Shown: in pieces, positions 17,806 to 27,521 of the stretch | How the letters are laid out: the number at the start of each line of letters is the position of its first letter | Numbering within the stretch: position 1 is the stretch's first letter | Assembly: GCA_044226625.1 (NCBI GenBank) | Contig: JBGAGQ010000033.1 | Location: forward strand, 1 to 64,000 | From: Thermoanaerobaculia bacterium | GTDB taxonomy: Bacteria; Acidobacteriota; Thermoanaerobaculia; Multivoradales; UBA5704 | DNA: 64,000 nucleotides | Direction of reading: 5' to 3' | Position numbers and translations under genes: made by a program | Notes under the pieces: model-generated | Seen by the model: the letters and a program-made list of their open reading frames with translations, nothing else | The model's database searches: none | Told to the model about the DNA's origin: nothing

Positions 17806-19095
17806 ATGCCCCCGACCCCTTCGATGCAGGCGAGCGACCGCGAGCTGATCTACGACTGGAACCGCGAGAGCGGCGCCGAGCTGAAACCCTTGCGCGGCAA
17901 GGTCGAGCTCGACGACGAGACCTTGCGCGACGGCCTTCAGTCGCCGTCGGTGCGGACGCCGCCGATCGAAAAGAAGCTCGAGATCCTGCATCTGATTGCC
18001 GAGCTGGGGATCGAATCGGCCGACATCGGCCTGCCGGGCGCCGGACCGCACGTGGTGCGCGACGTCGAGCGCCTCGCTCGCGAGATCGTCGAGCAGAAGC
18101 TCAAGGTCGCGCCGAACTGCGCGGCCCGCACGCTCGAGGTCGACATCCGGCCGATCGTCGACGTCTCCGAGCGAGTCGGGCTGCCGATCGAGGTCGCCTG
18201 CTTCCTCGGCTCGTCGCCGGTGCGCATCTACACGGAGGGGTGGACGCTCGACCAGATGCTCCGCTGGACCACCAGCGCGGTCGAGTTCGGGGTCGGCCAC
18301 GGCCTGCCGGTCATGTACGTGACGGAAGACACCACCCGCGCCCAGCCGGAGGACCTGCGCCGGCTCTACACCGCGGCGGTCGAAGCCGGAGCGCGCCGCG
18401 TCTGCGTCTCCGACACGGTCGGCCACGCGACGCCAGCGGGAGCCGCGGCGGTGATCCGCTTCATCCGCGGCGTCGTCGATGCGACGGGGGAGGACGTGAA
18501 AGTCGACTGGCACGGCCACCGCGACCGGGACCTCGGCGTCGCGAACGCCCTCGCCGCCGCGGCGGCGGGAGCCGATCGGGTCCACGGCACGGCGCTCGGC
18601 ATCGGCGAGCGGGTCGGTAACTGCCCGATCGACCTTCTCCTGGTCAACATGCAGCTCATGGGCTGGATCGATCGCGACCTCAGCCGTCTGGGCGACTATT
18701 GCCGGCTGGTCGCGGAGACCACCGGCGTGCCGTGCCCGGACAACTACCCGGTGGTGGGCAAGGACGCCTTCCGCACCGCGACGGGAGTCCACGCCGCGGC
18801 GATCTTGAAGGCGCGGGCGCGCGGCGAGGATTGGCTCGCCGATCGCGTCTACTCCTCGATCCCGGCGAGCCTGATCGGCCGCCATCAGGTGATCGAGGTG
18901 GGCAACATGAGCGGCAAGTCGAACGTCGTCTTCTGGCTCGAAGAGCGCGGCCTCGAGGCCGAGCCCGCGCTGGTCGACGAGATCTTCGAGCGCGCGAAGA
19001 CCTCCGGCCGCGTGCTCGAAGAGGCCGAGATCGGCGCGATCTGCCAGGCCCGCGGCGTCACCCCCGGGCCTCCCGCGCGCCCCGCGCTGCCGTAA
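17806..19095 (+). CDS. LeuA/homocitrate synthase-family DRE-TIM enzyme, short form
   Basis: DETLRDGLQ, SDTVGHATP, HGHRDRDLG, GIGERVGN, TATGVHAAAI, MSGKSNV; no C-terminal regulatory domain. Confidence 0.85.
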   Translation: MPPTPSMQASDRELIYDWNRESGAELKPLRGKVELDDETLRDGLQSPSVRTPPIEKKLEILHLIAELGIESADIGLPGAGPHVVRDVERLAREIVEQKLKVAPNCAARTLEVDIRPIVDVSERVGLPIEVACFLGSSPVRIYTEGWTLDQMLRWTTSAVEFGVGHGLPVMYVTEDTTRAQPEDLRRLYTAAVEAGARRVCVSDTVGHATPAGAAAVIRFIRGVVDATGEDVKVDWHGHRDRDLGVANALAAAAAGADRVHGTALGIGERVGNCPIDLLLVNMQLMGWIDRDLSRLGDYCRLVAETTGVPCPDNYPVVGKDAFRTATGVHAAAILKARARGEDWLADRVYSSIPASLIGRHQVIEVGNMSGKSNVVFWLEERGLEAEPALVDEIFERAKTSGRVLEEAEIGAICQARGVTPGPPARPALP

Positions 19096-19113
19096 CCGGG
19101 CCCCATAGCGATC

Positions 19114-20070
19114 GTGATCCGCCGCCGCGCTCCGCGCGATCTCGATCCGGAGGCCGCCGCCGCGGCCGCGAAGGAGAAGGCCTCCCCCTGGCACCGGGCG
19201 CTCCGCCGCTACCTCGAATCGCTCGCGCTCGAACGCGGCCTCGCCGCCAACAGCGTCGAGGGGTACGGCCGCGATCTGCTTCGTGCCGGCCGCGCTCTCG
19301 CGAAAAGCGGTTCCGATCTGCTGACCGCCGATCCCGCCGCGCTCTCCGCCCACGTCCGCGAGCTACGCCGCGAGGGGCTCTCGCCCCGCTCGATCGCCCG
19401 CGCGCTTGCCTCGATCCGCGGCTTCTACCAGCATCGGATCGAGATCGGCGAGCGCGTCGACAACCCGGCGATCCACCTCGTCCAACCGAAGCGGTTCCGC
19501 GCGCTCCCGAAGGTCCTCACCGAGAAAGAGATCGAGGCGCTCCTCGGCGCGCCCGACGTCTCGACCCCGCTTGGGCTACGCGACCGCGCGATGATCGAGC
19601 TGCTCTACGCCTCGGGGCTCCGCGTCTCGGAGCTGGTGGGGCTCACGCTCCAGCAGCTACGGCTCGATCAGGGATTCCTGATCGCCTTCGGCAAAGGCGA
19701 CAAAGAGCGCGTCGTCCCCGTGGGGGAGGCGGCCGAGCTCTGGGTCGGGCGTTTCCTCAAAGAGGTACGCCCCGAGCTCGCCGAAGGGAAACGCCACGCC
19801 TTCGTCTTCACCAACGCAAGAGGCGACGGCATGACCCGCCACGGCTTCTGGAAGAACCTCGCCGCCTACGGCCGAACCGTCGGCCTCCACGCGCTCTCGC
19901 CGCACGTGCTGAGACACAGCTTCGCGACCCACCTGCTCGAGCACGGCGCCGATCTCCGCGCCGTCCAGATGATGCTCGGCCACGCCGACATCGCGACGAC
20001 GCAGATCTACACGCACATCCATCAGCACCGGTTGAAGAGTTTGTACGAGCGGTTCCATCCGCGGGCGTAG
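19114..20070 (+). CDS. xerD: Tyrosine recombinase XerD
   Basis: LRDRAMIELLYASGLRVSEL, GKGDKERVVP, SPHVLRHSFATHLL, QMMLGHADIATTQIYTH, HPRA. Confidence 0.92.
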   Translation: MIRRRAPRDLDPEAAAAAAKEKASPWHRALRRYLESLALERGLAANSVEGYGRDLLRAGRALAKSGSDLLTADPAALSAHVRELRREGLSPRSIARALASIRGFYQHRIEIGERVDNPAIHLVQPKRFRALPKVLTEKEIEALLGAPDVSTPLGLRDRAMIELLYASGLRVSELVGLTLQQLRLDQGFLIAFGKGDKERVVPVGEAAELWVGRFLKEVRPELAEGKRHAFVFTNARGDGMTRHGFWKNLAAYGRTVGLHALSPHVLRHSFATHLLEHGADLRAVQMMLGHADIATTQIYTHIHQHRLKSLYERFHPRA

Positions 20071-20259
20071 GCCCCCCTCCTAGCCTCCCCCCGCACGCGG
20101 GGGGAGGGAGATGGCTCAAGCGTTCTGAAGATTCCTCGCGCGAGCGGGGGAGAAACCAAGCTGAAGACTCCTCGCGCGAGCGGGTAGGAACCAAGCTGAA
20201 CATTCCGCCGCCGCCCTGGGTCTTCCTCCCCCGCTTGCGGGGGAGGACCGAGGTGGGGG
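20071..20259. repeat. REP-like element pair, locus 2, enclosing a 35-36 bp tandem duplication (20125-20206)
   Basis: Units 20071-20109 and 20221-20259; internal ctgaaga(t/c)tcctcgcgcgagcggg...aaccaag x2 plus a partial third copy. Confidence 0.85.
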
Positions 20260-20413
20260 TCCCTCCCTTCCTCCACACACGATTGAAAAGAGGCTCACGC
20301 CCCCATTCGACCTCCAACGTCCCGCCCCGACGGGTGAGGTCGGGGCCGTTTCCCCCGTGCTAACCTCGCGAATCGAACACGGCAGAGGCCAACCACGGGG
20401 AGGTTAGAACCCG

Positions 20414-22321
20414 ATGACGATGCTGGGGATCGAGCGGCAGGAAGCAGAAGGGCGGCTCGTCGAGCGCGAGCGTCTGGAGGACGTGGTCATCCGTTTCGCC
20501 GGTGACTCGGGCGACGGGATGCAGATGACCGGCAACCAATTCACCAATACCTCGGCGATGTTCGGCAACGACCTCTCGACGTTGCCCGACTTTCCGGCCG
20601 AGATTCGCGCCCCGGCCGGTACGTTGCCCGGGGTCTCGGCGTTCCAGGTGCGGATCGCCGACTACGACATCCACACTCCCGGCGACGCCCCGGACGTGTT
20701 GGTGGCGATGAACCCGGCGGCGCTCAAGAAGGAGCTGCCGGACCTCAAACCGAACGGCATCGTGATCGCGAACACCGACGAGTTCGGCGATCGGAACCTC
20801 GCGAAGGCCGGCTACGCGAAGAACCCGCTCGAGGACGGCTCGCTCGGCGGCTACCGGGTGTTCGCGGTGCCGATCGCGACGCTCACCAAGCGGGCGCTCG
20901 AGGGGTCGGGGCTCGACAACAAGAGCGCCGAGCGGTCGAAGAACATGTTCGCGCTCGGCATGTGCTACTGGCTCTTCTCGCGGACGATGGACAACACGGT
21001 CGCGTTCCTGCGCCAGCAGTTCGCGAAGAAGCCCGACATCGCCGAGGGCAACGTCAACGTGCTCAAGGCGGGCTACAACTACTGCGACATCACCGAGGCG
21101 TTCCACACCCGCTACGAGATCGAGCCGGCGCCGATGGAGCCGGGTTTCTATCGCAACATCATGGGCAACACCGCGCTCGCCCTGGGCCTGATCGCCGGGA
21201 GCCGGCGGAGCGGCCTGCCGCTCTTCCTGGGCGCCTACCCCATCACGCCGGCTTCCGAGGTGCTGCACGAGCTGTCCAAGTTCAAGAACTTCGGCGTCAC
21301 GACCTTCCAGGCGGAAGACGAGATCGCCGCGGTCTGCTCGGCGATCGGCGCCTCGTTCGGCGGCGCGCTCGGGGTGACCGTTTCGTCCGGCCCCGGCATC
21401 GCGCTCAAGACCGAGGCGATGAACCTCGCCGTGATGACCGAGCTGCCGCTGGTGGTCTGCGACATCCAGCGCGGCGGACCGTCGACCGGTCTGCCGACCA
21501 AGACCGAGCAGGCGGATCTCCTGCAGGTGATGTTCGGACGGAACGGCGAGGCGCCGCTGCCGGTGCTCGCCGCGAGCTCGCCGAAAGACTGCTTCGACAT
21601 CGCGCTCGAAGCGGTGCGCATCGCGACCCGCTACATGGTGCCGGTGGTGGTGCTTTCCGACGGCTATCTCGCGAACGGCTCCGAGCCGTGGAAGCTGCCG
21701 CGGGTCGAAGACCTGCCCGATTTGCGGATCGAGTTCCGCAACGATCCCGCCGGGTTTCATCCGTACGAGCGCGATCCCGAGACGCTCGGGCGCCCGTGGG
21801 CGATCCCGGGGACTCCGGGACTCGAGCATCGGATCGGCGGCATCGAGAAAGAGGACGTCTCGGGCAACATCTCCTACGATCCGCAGAACCACGAGAAGAT
21901 GGTCCACCTGCGCGCCGAGAAGATCGAGCGGATCGCCCGCAGCATCCCGCCGCTCGAGGTGTTCGGCGACATGGACGCCGAGCTGCTCGTGATCGGCTGG
22001 GGGAGCACCGCCGGGGCGATCACCGGCGCGGTCAACACGGCGCGGCGCCAGGGGTTGAAGGTCGCGCGCGCCCAGATGCGCCATCTGAATCCGATGCCGT
22101 CGAACCTGGGCGAGCTGCTCGCGCGCTTCCCGCGCGTCCTGGTGCCCGAGATGAACATGGGGCAGCTCGCGCTGCTGCTCCGCGCGAAGTACCTGAAGGA
22201 CGTCATCTCGTACACCAAGGTCCAGGGCAAACCGTTCACCCGTCAACAGATCCTCGACAAGATCCGCGCTCTTCTCAGTCTTCCCGACGGTGCGCCGGGT
22301 TCGGAGGTGTCCCATGCCTGA
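20414..22321 (+). CDS. korA: 2-oxoacid:ferredoxin oxidoreductase alpha(+gamma) subunit
   Basis: IRFAGDSGDGMQ, FPAEIRAPAG, AYPITPAS, QAEDEIAA, QRGGPSTGLPTK. Confidence 0.92.
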   Translation: MTMLGIERQEAEGRLVERERLEDVVIRFAGDSGDGMQMTGNQFTNTSAMFGNDLSTLPDFPAEIRAPAGTLPGVSAFQVRIADYDIHTPGDAPDVLVAMNPAALKKELPDLKPNGIVIANTDEFGDRNLAKAGYAKNPLEDGSLGGYRVFAVPIATLTKRALEGSGLDNKSAERSKNMFALGMCYWLFSRTMDNTVAFLRQQFAKKPDIAEGNVNVLKAGYNYCDITEAFHTRYEIEPAPMEPGFYRNIMGNTALALGLIAGSRRSGLPLFLGAYPITPASEVLHELSKFKNFGVTTFQAEDEIAAVCSAIGASFGGALGVTVSSGPGIALKTEAMNLAVMTELPLVVCDIQRGGPSTGLPTKTEQADLLQVMFGRNGEAPLPVLAASSPKDCFDIALEAVRIATRYMVPVVVLSDGYLANGSEPWKLPRVEDLPDLRIEFRNDPAGFHPYERDPETLGRPWAIPGTPGLEHRIGGIEKEDVSGNISYDPQNHEKMVHLRAEKIERIARSIPPLEVFGDMDAELLVIGWGSTAGAITGAVNTARRQGLKVARAQMRHLNPMPSNLGELLARFPRVLVPEMNMGQLALLLRAKYLKDVISYTKVQGKPFTRQQILDKIRALLSLPDGAPGSEVSHA

Positions 22322-23327
22322 GGCTGCCGCGCTTTCCCGAAAGGATTTCCAGACCGATCAAGAGGTGCGCTGGTGCCCCGGGTGCGGCGACTACGCGATC
22401 TTGAACGCGGTGCAGCAGGTCTTTCCCGAGCTGGGCATCCCGCGCGAGAAGTTCGTCGTGGTCTCGGGGATCGGCTGCTCGTCGCGCTTCCCGTACTACA
22501 TGAACACGTATGGCTTCCACTCGATCCACGGCCGCGCTCCGGCGGTCGCGACCGGCTTGAAGCTCGCTCGGCCGGAGCTCGAAGTGTGGATCGCGACCGG
22601 CGACGGCGACGCGCTGTCGATCGGCGGCAACCATCTGATCCATACGTTGCGGCGGAACGTCGGCGTGAAGATTCTGATGTTCAACAACCGGATCTACGGG
22701 CTCACCAAGGGGCAGTATTCGCCCACCAGCGAGCTCGGCAAGCGGACGAAGTCGACGCCGGCGGGGTCGGCCGACTATCCGTTCAATCCGCTGTCGCTCG
22801 CGCTCGGCGCCGGGGCGACGTTCGTCGCACGGACCGTGGACGTCTATCTCGCGCACCAGAAAGAGGTGCTGCGCCGCGCCGCCGCGCACAAGGGGACGGC
22901 GTTCGTCGAGATCTACCAGAACTGCAACATTTTTAACGACAAGGCCTTCTCCTACATGACCGAGAAGGAGGTCCGCGACGACGCGGCGATCTATCTCGAG
23001 CATGGCAAGCCGCTCGTCTTCGGCAAGAACAAAGACCGTGGCATCCGGATGCGCGGGACCGAGATGGAGGTCATCGAGCTCGGCAACGGCTTGACCGTCG
23101 ACGATTGTCTGGTGTGGGACGAGAGCCTGCCGAATCCTGCCACCGCGTTCCTCGCGGCGCAGCTGCTGCCGCCGCATTTCCCGACCGCCCTGGGCGTCTT
23201 CCGCTCGGTCGACGAGCCGACCTACGAGCAGCGCGTGGTCGGGCAGATCGATGAGGCGATCGGCAAACAGGGGGTGGGCAAGCTCGAAGATCTGCTGCGC
23301 CAGGGCGACACCTGGTCGGTCGCGTAA
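22314..23327 (+). CDS. korB: 2-oxoacid:ferredoxin oxidoreductase beta subunit
   Basis: RWCPGCGD, SGIGCSSR, TGDGDALSIGGNH, NNRIYGLTKGQYSPT. Confidence 0.92.
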   Translation: MPEAAALSRKDFQTDQEVRWCPGCGDYAILNAVQQVFPELGIPREKFVVVSGIGCSSRFPYYMNTYGFHSIHGRAPAVATGLKLARPELEVWIATGDGDALSIGGNHLIHTLRRNVGVKILMFNNRIYGLTKGQYSPTSELGKRTKSTPAGSADYPFNPLSLALGAGATFVARTVDVYLAHQKEVLRRAAAHKGTAFVEIYQNCNIFNDKAFSYMTEKEVRDDAAIYLEHGKPLVFGKNKDRGIRMRGTEMEVIELGNGLTVDDCLVWDESLPNPATAFLAAQLLPPHFPTALGVFRSVDEPTYEQRVVGQIDEAIGKQGVGKLEDLLRQGDTWSVA

Positions 23328-23363
23328 GGGGGTAGCGAGGGCGCCTGAGAGTTCGGGCGGTCC

Positions 23364-23395
23364 AAACAAAAAGGGCGCCCGAGATTTCGGGCGCC
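23364..23395 (-). terminator. Rho-independent terminator for the minus-strand protease gene
   Basis: GGCGCCCGA/TCGGGCGCC stem preceded by AAACAAAAAG (U-tract on the minus strand). Confidence 0.7.
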
Positions 23396-23407
23396 AGGTC
23401 ATGAGAG

Positions 23408-23443
23408 ACGGCCGGCTCGCCTCGAACGCGAGCCGGCCGTTTT
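23408..23443 (+). terminator. Rho-independent terminator for korAB
   Basis: ACGGCCGGCTCGC-loop-GCGAGCCGGCCGT followed by TTT. Confidence 0.7.
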
Positions 23444-23457
23444 CCTTCCGCTTCGAG

Positions 23458-26400
23458 CTATCGGAGAGCCGGGGACTCGATCTCGTAGGTGACGCCCCCC
23501 TGGACCTTACCGCTCCGGATGTTGGTCTGGCGGACTTCGAAGACGTTCGGCTCGCTACGCGTCCGGATCGTGCCGGTCGCCGTGTCGTCGAAGCGGAGGG
23601 AGATCGTTCCCTCCTGGCGGGGGCTCATCGAGACCTGGATCCAGGCGCCGTCGGCGAGGACCTGGATCGACGTGGGCCCGACGATCGCCACGTTCGCGCC
23701 GGGCGAGCCGTTACGCCGCCAGAGCTCGAACAGCGACGAGCCGAGGTCGACGGTCACACGGCCGCGGCGGAGGAACGGATTCAGCACGCCCGGGTCGGAC
23801 CGGTCGAGGAAGCTCACCTTGACCACCGCCGAGGCGGACTCCATGTTGCGGACGACCATCTGCGCGGTGAACGAGGCGAAGCTCATCAGGTCGACCACGT
23901 TGACGTTGCGCCAGACGAGGTTGTTGCTGTTGCGCACGTTGACGTTCGGATCGGCGACCTCGACCGGCAGCGGATCCTGGGCGGAGAGGATGCGGGCGAG
24001 CAGGCAGACGTGCCCCTCGAACGCGGGCAGCCAGGGAACGACCACGGTCGCCGTACCGCTCGCGTCGAGATCGGTCACGGCCGAGCCGATGGTGTGCCAA
24101 TCGATCGGCCAGGCGAGACCGGCGGAGGCCTTGGCCCAGTAGAGCGTCACGGTGACCTGCTTCGCCTTGGCCGTCCCCTGGTTGTAGAAGCGGACGTTGA
24201 CGAAGTTGGTCTGGCCGAACTCCGGGTTCTGATGGGTGGTCAGGCCGTCATCGACCTTGCGCACCCAGATGTCGCGGCTCTCCCACATATTGTTCGCGGC
24301 GGTCGCCGGGTCGGGCTCGAGCCCGGTGTCCCACGGCTTGTCCTTCGCCCACAGATCGGTCGTCGCGAGGCCGGTCGCCACCTTGCAGACGGAAGGCGCG
24401 GCGGCGCAGGACTCGTTGGTCGAGGGATGGGCCACCACCTGATAGGCGTACTGCGAGCTCGAAGCGACGTTGGGGTCTGTGAAGTTGAGGCCCGCCACGT
24501 CGTTGGCGATCTTCGCGAAGCCGGCGCCACAGCCCCCTTCGCTGCGATAGACGTCGTAGACCTTGCCGGCACCCGAGCTGGTCCAGGAGAGCTGGTTCTG
24601 GTTCGCTCCCGCGGTGACGGTGAGCGTCGGGACGGCCGGCGGCGTGCAGCCGGCGAACGTCACGTTCGCGCCCGCGTCGCTCGCGCAGGCGATCTCGTGC
24701 CGGTTGAGCGCGGCGAAGATCGCGCCGCCGTGCGGAGTGCCGTTCGCGAGGTTGCCGTCGTCGTCGTCGGCCACGCGGAGGACACGGAACAGGCTGCCGT
24801 TGGCGCAGCCGTTCGAGCCCCAAGTGGACTGCGACTTGTCGCACTTCCAGGCTTTGGTGGCCGTCGGCCGCGACAGGTACCAGAGCCGCTCGGCAAGGTT
24901 CCAGGCGCCGGCCGAGGCAGGGTTCGGCAGATCGCGGTTGATGAAGTCCCAATACGATTCGGTCGCAATGTAGGACTCGCAGTGCTCCTCGGTGGCGCAG
25001 ATGCCCGAGTTGTAATCCGGGCAGGACGGTTGGACGAAGTTCGCCACCGTGTGCGGCGTGTTGTCCTCGTGCTTGGCCCAATCGACGTCGCGGATGCCCG
25101 TGCAGGTCGTGCAGGCGTCTCCATAACCGAAGCAAGGGGTGTCGGCGAAGAAGCCGGAGCCGGTGCAGGAATTGTGGGTCATCAAGACCGCGGTGATGTC
25201 GGCATAGCTCTCGCCCGACGCTTTGTCGGGGGAGGCGACGCCGTCGAACTGGTCGAGGCCGTGGCCGTACTCGTGGAGCGAAACGCCCGGCAGCTCGCCG
25301 GTGTTGCCGCAGGGGATCGTGGTGTTCGGGATGATGCCCGAGATGAAGAAGTTGAGGTCCTTCGTGACGGGATGCCAGTAGGCGTTGCAGGTTTGGTTCA
25401 AGTTGACCTCTACCTGGAGCTGCTGGCCGAGCCAGGCGTTGGCGGGCAGCCATCCGCGCCCGATCTCCTTGATCCGGTTGACCCAGTAGAATTGGGTGCG
25501 CGCCGAGGCGGTGTTGCCCGAGCCTCCGGTGCCCGGCGTCGTGCAATCCGTGCCGCCGTTGGTCGAGAAATCGATGTTGCCCGCGCCGTCGTCGCTCTGC
25601 GAGATCGTGCCGCAGTTCAGGTCCTTGATCTTCACGTACTGGCCGATCAAGGTCGAGGCGACCGGGCCGCTGGTGAAGTTGTAGAGGCCGGCCGAATTGG
25701 TGTTGTTCGGCGCGACGGAGAGGTCAGCGAAGGGCATCGGCAGGTCGGCCTCTCCCACGGTCGCGTCGGCGCGGACGCCGCCGTGGACCTGGGCCGAAGC
25801 GAAGTCCCGAAGGTCGTAGAGCGCGAGCACGAGACCCGACTCGGCATCGATCCGGGCGCGCCACGGCGCCTTGCCGCGCTCGACCGAAACCTCCCAGACG
25901 GGAGCCCAGCGGACCGGGGCGAACGGCGAATCCGAGGAGATCGGCACGAGATGGAGGAACGCCTCGAGCACGCGGCCGACGCTCGCGCGGTCGGCGAACG
26001 CCTCGGTCGCGATCGCGACGGCGTGCGAGCGGTCGAGCGCGGCTTTGCGGACGGCCTCGCCCGGGGTCGCGATCCCCTCGGTGCCGAACTGGATCAGGTT
26101 GCCGTTGTTGACGCGGAAGAAGACGCGCGCCCCATCGACCGGCAGGCCGCCATGGACGACGTCGAAATCGACGAACCACAGGTAGTCGGACTGGCGGCCC
26201 GAGCGGCCGGAAGAGAGCACCAGCTCCTTGGGATCGACGCCGAGCGCCGGAGCGAGCGGGGCGAGGAAGTCGCGGGCGATCTTTTCGAGCGTGACGAGAT
26301 CGGCTTTGGATTTCTCTCCGAAGCGCGCGACGAGGCTCTGCGCGGTGAGACGGTTGCCGTGGCCGGGGATCCAGGCGACGCCGCGACCTTCGGCGTAGTC

Positions 26401-26691
26401 GAGGCGGCCGGTGCGGCGGTCGACGTAGCCCACCCAGTCTCCCGGGGCTTTCGCCGCCGCCTTCGCGCGGAAGGCGTTCCAGCCCTGCGCGACCTCGGCG
26501 GCCAGCGCGCCCGGGGTGTTCTCGATCCGGTCGCTGTCGCGCGAGAAGAGAAGGCTCGCATCGACGCGGTGGTCGGCGGCGGACGCGCCGTCTAGATGAT
26601 GGGCCTGAGCGTTCGCGCGCGGCGACGCGGCAAGGCAGGAGAGAAGCGCCACGAACGGGACGGCGCGGGAGATCCAGCGTGGAACGGACAT
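23458..26691 (-). CDS. Secreted M4/M36-like zinc metalloprotease with propeptide and FN3/Ig-like C-terminal domains
   Basis: Signal peptide; PepSY-like ARIDAESG; CNAYW; HEYGH; GESYADI; ADDDDGNLANGTPH; cysteine-rich; beta-rich tail. Confidence 0.82.
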   Translation of the reverse strand: MSVPRWISRAVPFVALLSCLAASPRANAQAHHLDGASAADHRVDASLLFSRDSDRIENTPGALAAEVAQGWNAFRAKAAAKAPGDWVGYVDRRTGRLDYAEGRGVAWIPGHGNRLTAQSLVARFGEKSKADLVTLEKIARDFLAPLAPALGVDPKELVLSSGRSGRQSDYLWFVDFDVVHGGLPVDGARVFFRVNNGNLIQFGTEGIATPGEAVRKAALDRSHAVAIATEAFADRASVGRVLEAFLHLVPISSDSPFAPVRWAPVWEVSVERGKAPWRARIDAESGLVLALYDLRDFASAQVHGGVRADATVGEADLPMPFADLSVAPNNTNSAGLYNFTSGPVASTLIGQYVKIKDLNCGTISQSDDGAGNIDFSTNGGTDCTTPGTGGSGNTASARTQFYWVNRIKEIGRGWLPANAWLGQQLQVEVNLNQTCNAYWHPVTKDLNFFISGIIPNTTIPCGNTGELPGVSLHEYGHGLDQFDGVASPDKASGESYADITAVLMTHNSCTGSGFFADTPCFGYGDACTTCTGIRDVDWAKHEDNTPHTVANFVQPSCPDYNSGICATEEHCESYIATESYWDFINRDLPNPASAGAWNLAERLWYLSRPTATKAWKCDKSQSTWGSNGCANGSLFRVLRVADDDDGNLANGTPHGGAIFAALNRHEIACASDAGANVTFAGCTPPAVPTLTVTAGANQNQLSWTSSGAGKVYDVYRSEGGCGAGFAKIANDVAGLNFTDPNVASSSQYAYQVVAHPSTNESCAAAPSVCKVATGLATTDLWAKDKPWDTGLEPDPATAANNMWESRDIWVRKVDDGLTTHQNPEFGQTNFVNVRFYNQGTAKAKQVTVTLYWAKASAGLAWPIDWHTIGSAVTDLDASGTATVVVPWLPAFEGHVCLLARILSAQDPLPVEVADPNVNVRNSNNLVWRNVNVVDLMSFASFTAQMVVRNMESASAVVKVSFLDRSDPGVLNPFLRRGRVTVDLGSSLFELWRRNGSPGANVAIVGPTSIQVLADGAWIQVSMSPRQEGTISLRFDDTATGTIRTRSEPNVFEVRQTNIRSGKVQGGVTYEIESPALR

Positions 26692-26822
26692 GAGGGTTCC
26701 TCTCGTTCTTCCCCGATCCCGCGGCCGACGGATTCGGTCGTCGGGGGTTTCGTTGGGGTCTTCGCGAGGACTGACGAAGGGAGCGCCGCGAGGTATTAGG
26801 AAGCTGCTGTTAGAGTGGATCG

Positions 26823-27215
26823 ATGCCCGATCTGTTCATCCTCGCGCACGGCGGAACGTGGGACCTCCGCTTCCAGATCTCCTCGCTCGCGGCGAGCGCC
26901 GCGGCGGCGGGGGAGAAGGTCGAGATCGCGCTCTTTTTTGCCGCCCTCGACGCCTGGGCGCGAGGGCGTTGGGACGAGCTCGACCCCGCGCCGCCGGTGA
27001 CGTCGGAGCGGATCGAGGCGCTCGATCTGCCGCCGCTCTCGTCGCTGCTAACGGAAGGGAGAGCGAGCGGCGCGATCCGTCTGTTCGCATGCAGCGCGTC
27101 GGCCCGATTCTTGGGTCTCGAGCTCGGCGTCGTGCAGGAGCGGGTCGACGCGATCCTCGGCTGGCAGAGCTTCGCGCAGAGGATTCGCGAGGCTCGGTCG
27201 GTGGTGACGCTGTAG
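26823..27215 (+). CDS. DsrE/F-like small protein
   Basis: SSLAASAAAAGEKVEIALFF, IRLFACSAS, VDAILGWQSF...VVTL. Confidence 0.65.
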   Translation: MPDLFILAHGGTWDLRFQISSLAASAAAAGEKVEIALFFAALDAWARGRWDELDPAPPVTSERIEALDLPPLSSLLTEGRASGAIRLFACSASARFLGLELGVVQERVDAILGWQSFAQRIREARSVVTL

Positions 27216-27223
27216 AAGGGGTA

Positions 27224-27520
27224 GCCCCCCCTCCTGTCCTCCCCCCACAAGGGGGGGAGGGACCCCTCGGAGTGGCGTTGCCTGACGAGCGACCGCTCAG
27301 CCTTCCGGAACCCAGCCGCCTGTTAGGTTCTTTACCTCCGCCAGCCGAAGAGCCGCTTGTCTTCCTCCCCCGCTCGCGGGGGAGGACCGAGGTGGGGGCG
27401 CTTCGGAATCGACCTCTTCCCGCCGCAGCTGTCCGGCTCGATCTCCTCCCCTCCGCCAGCCGAAGTGCCGCTTGTCTTCCTCCCCCGCTTGCGGGGGAGG
27501 ACCGAGGTGGGGGCGCTTCG
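27224..27520. repeat. REP-like element cluster, locus 3: one left unit and two right units inside a ~71 bp direct repeat (27335-27405, 27450-27520)
   Basis: cctccgccagccgaag(a/t)gccgcttgtcttcctcccccgct(c/t)gcgggggaggaccgaggtgggggcgcttcg occurs twice. Confidence 0.85.
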
Positions 27521-27521
27521 C

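Noticed and set aside
19114-20070. Tyrosine recombinase as an island integrase
   Set aside because: Typical chromosomal XerD motifs and length (ends HPRA), in a housekeeping context, with no att sites seen
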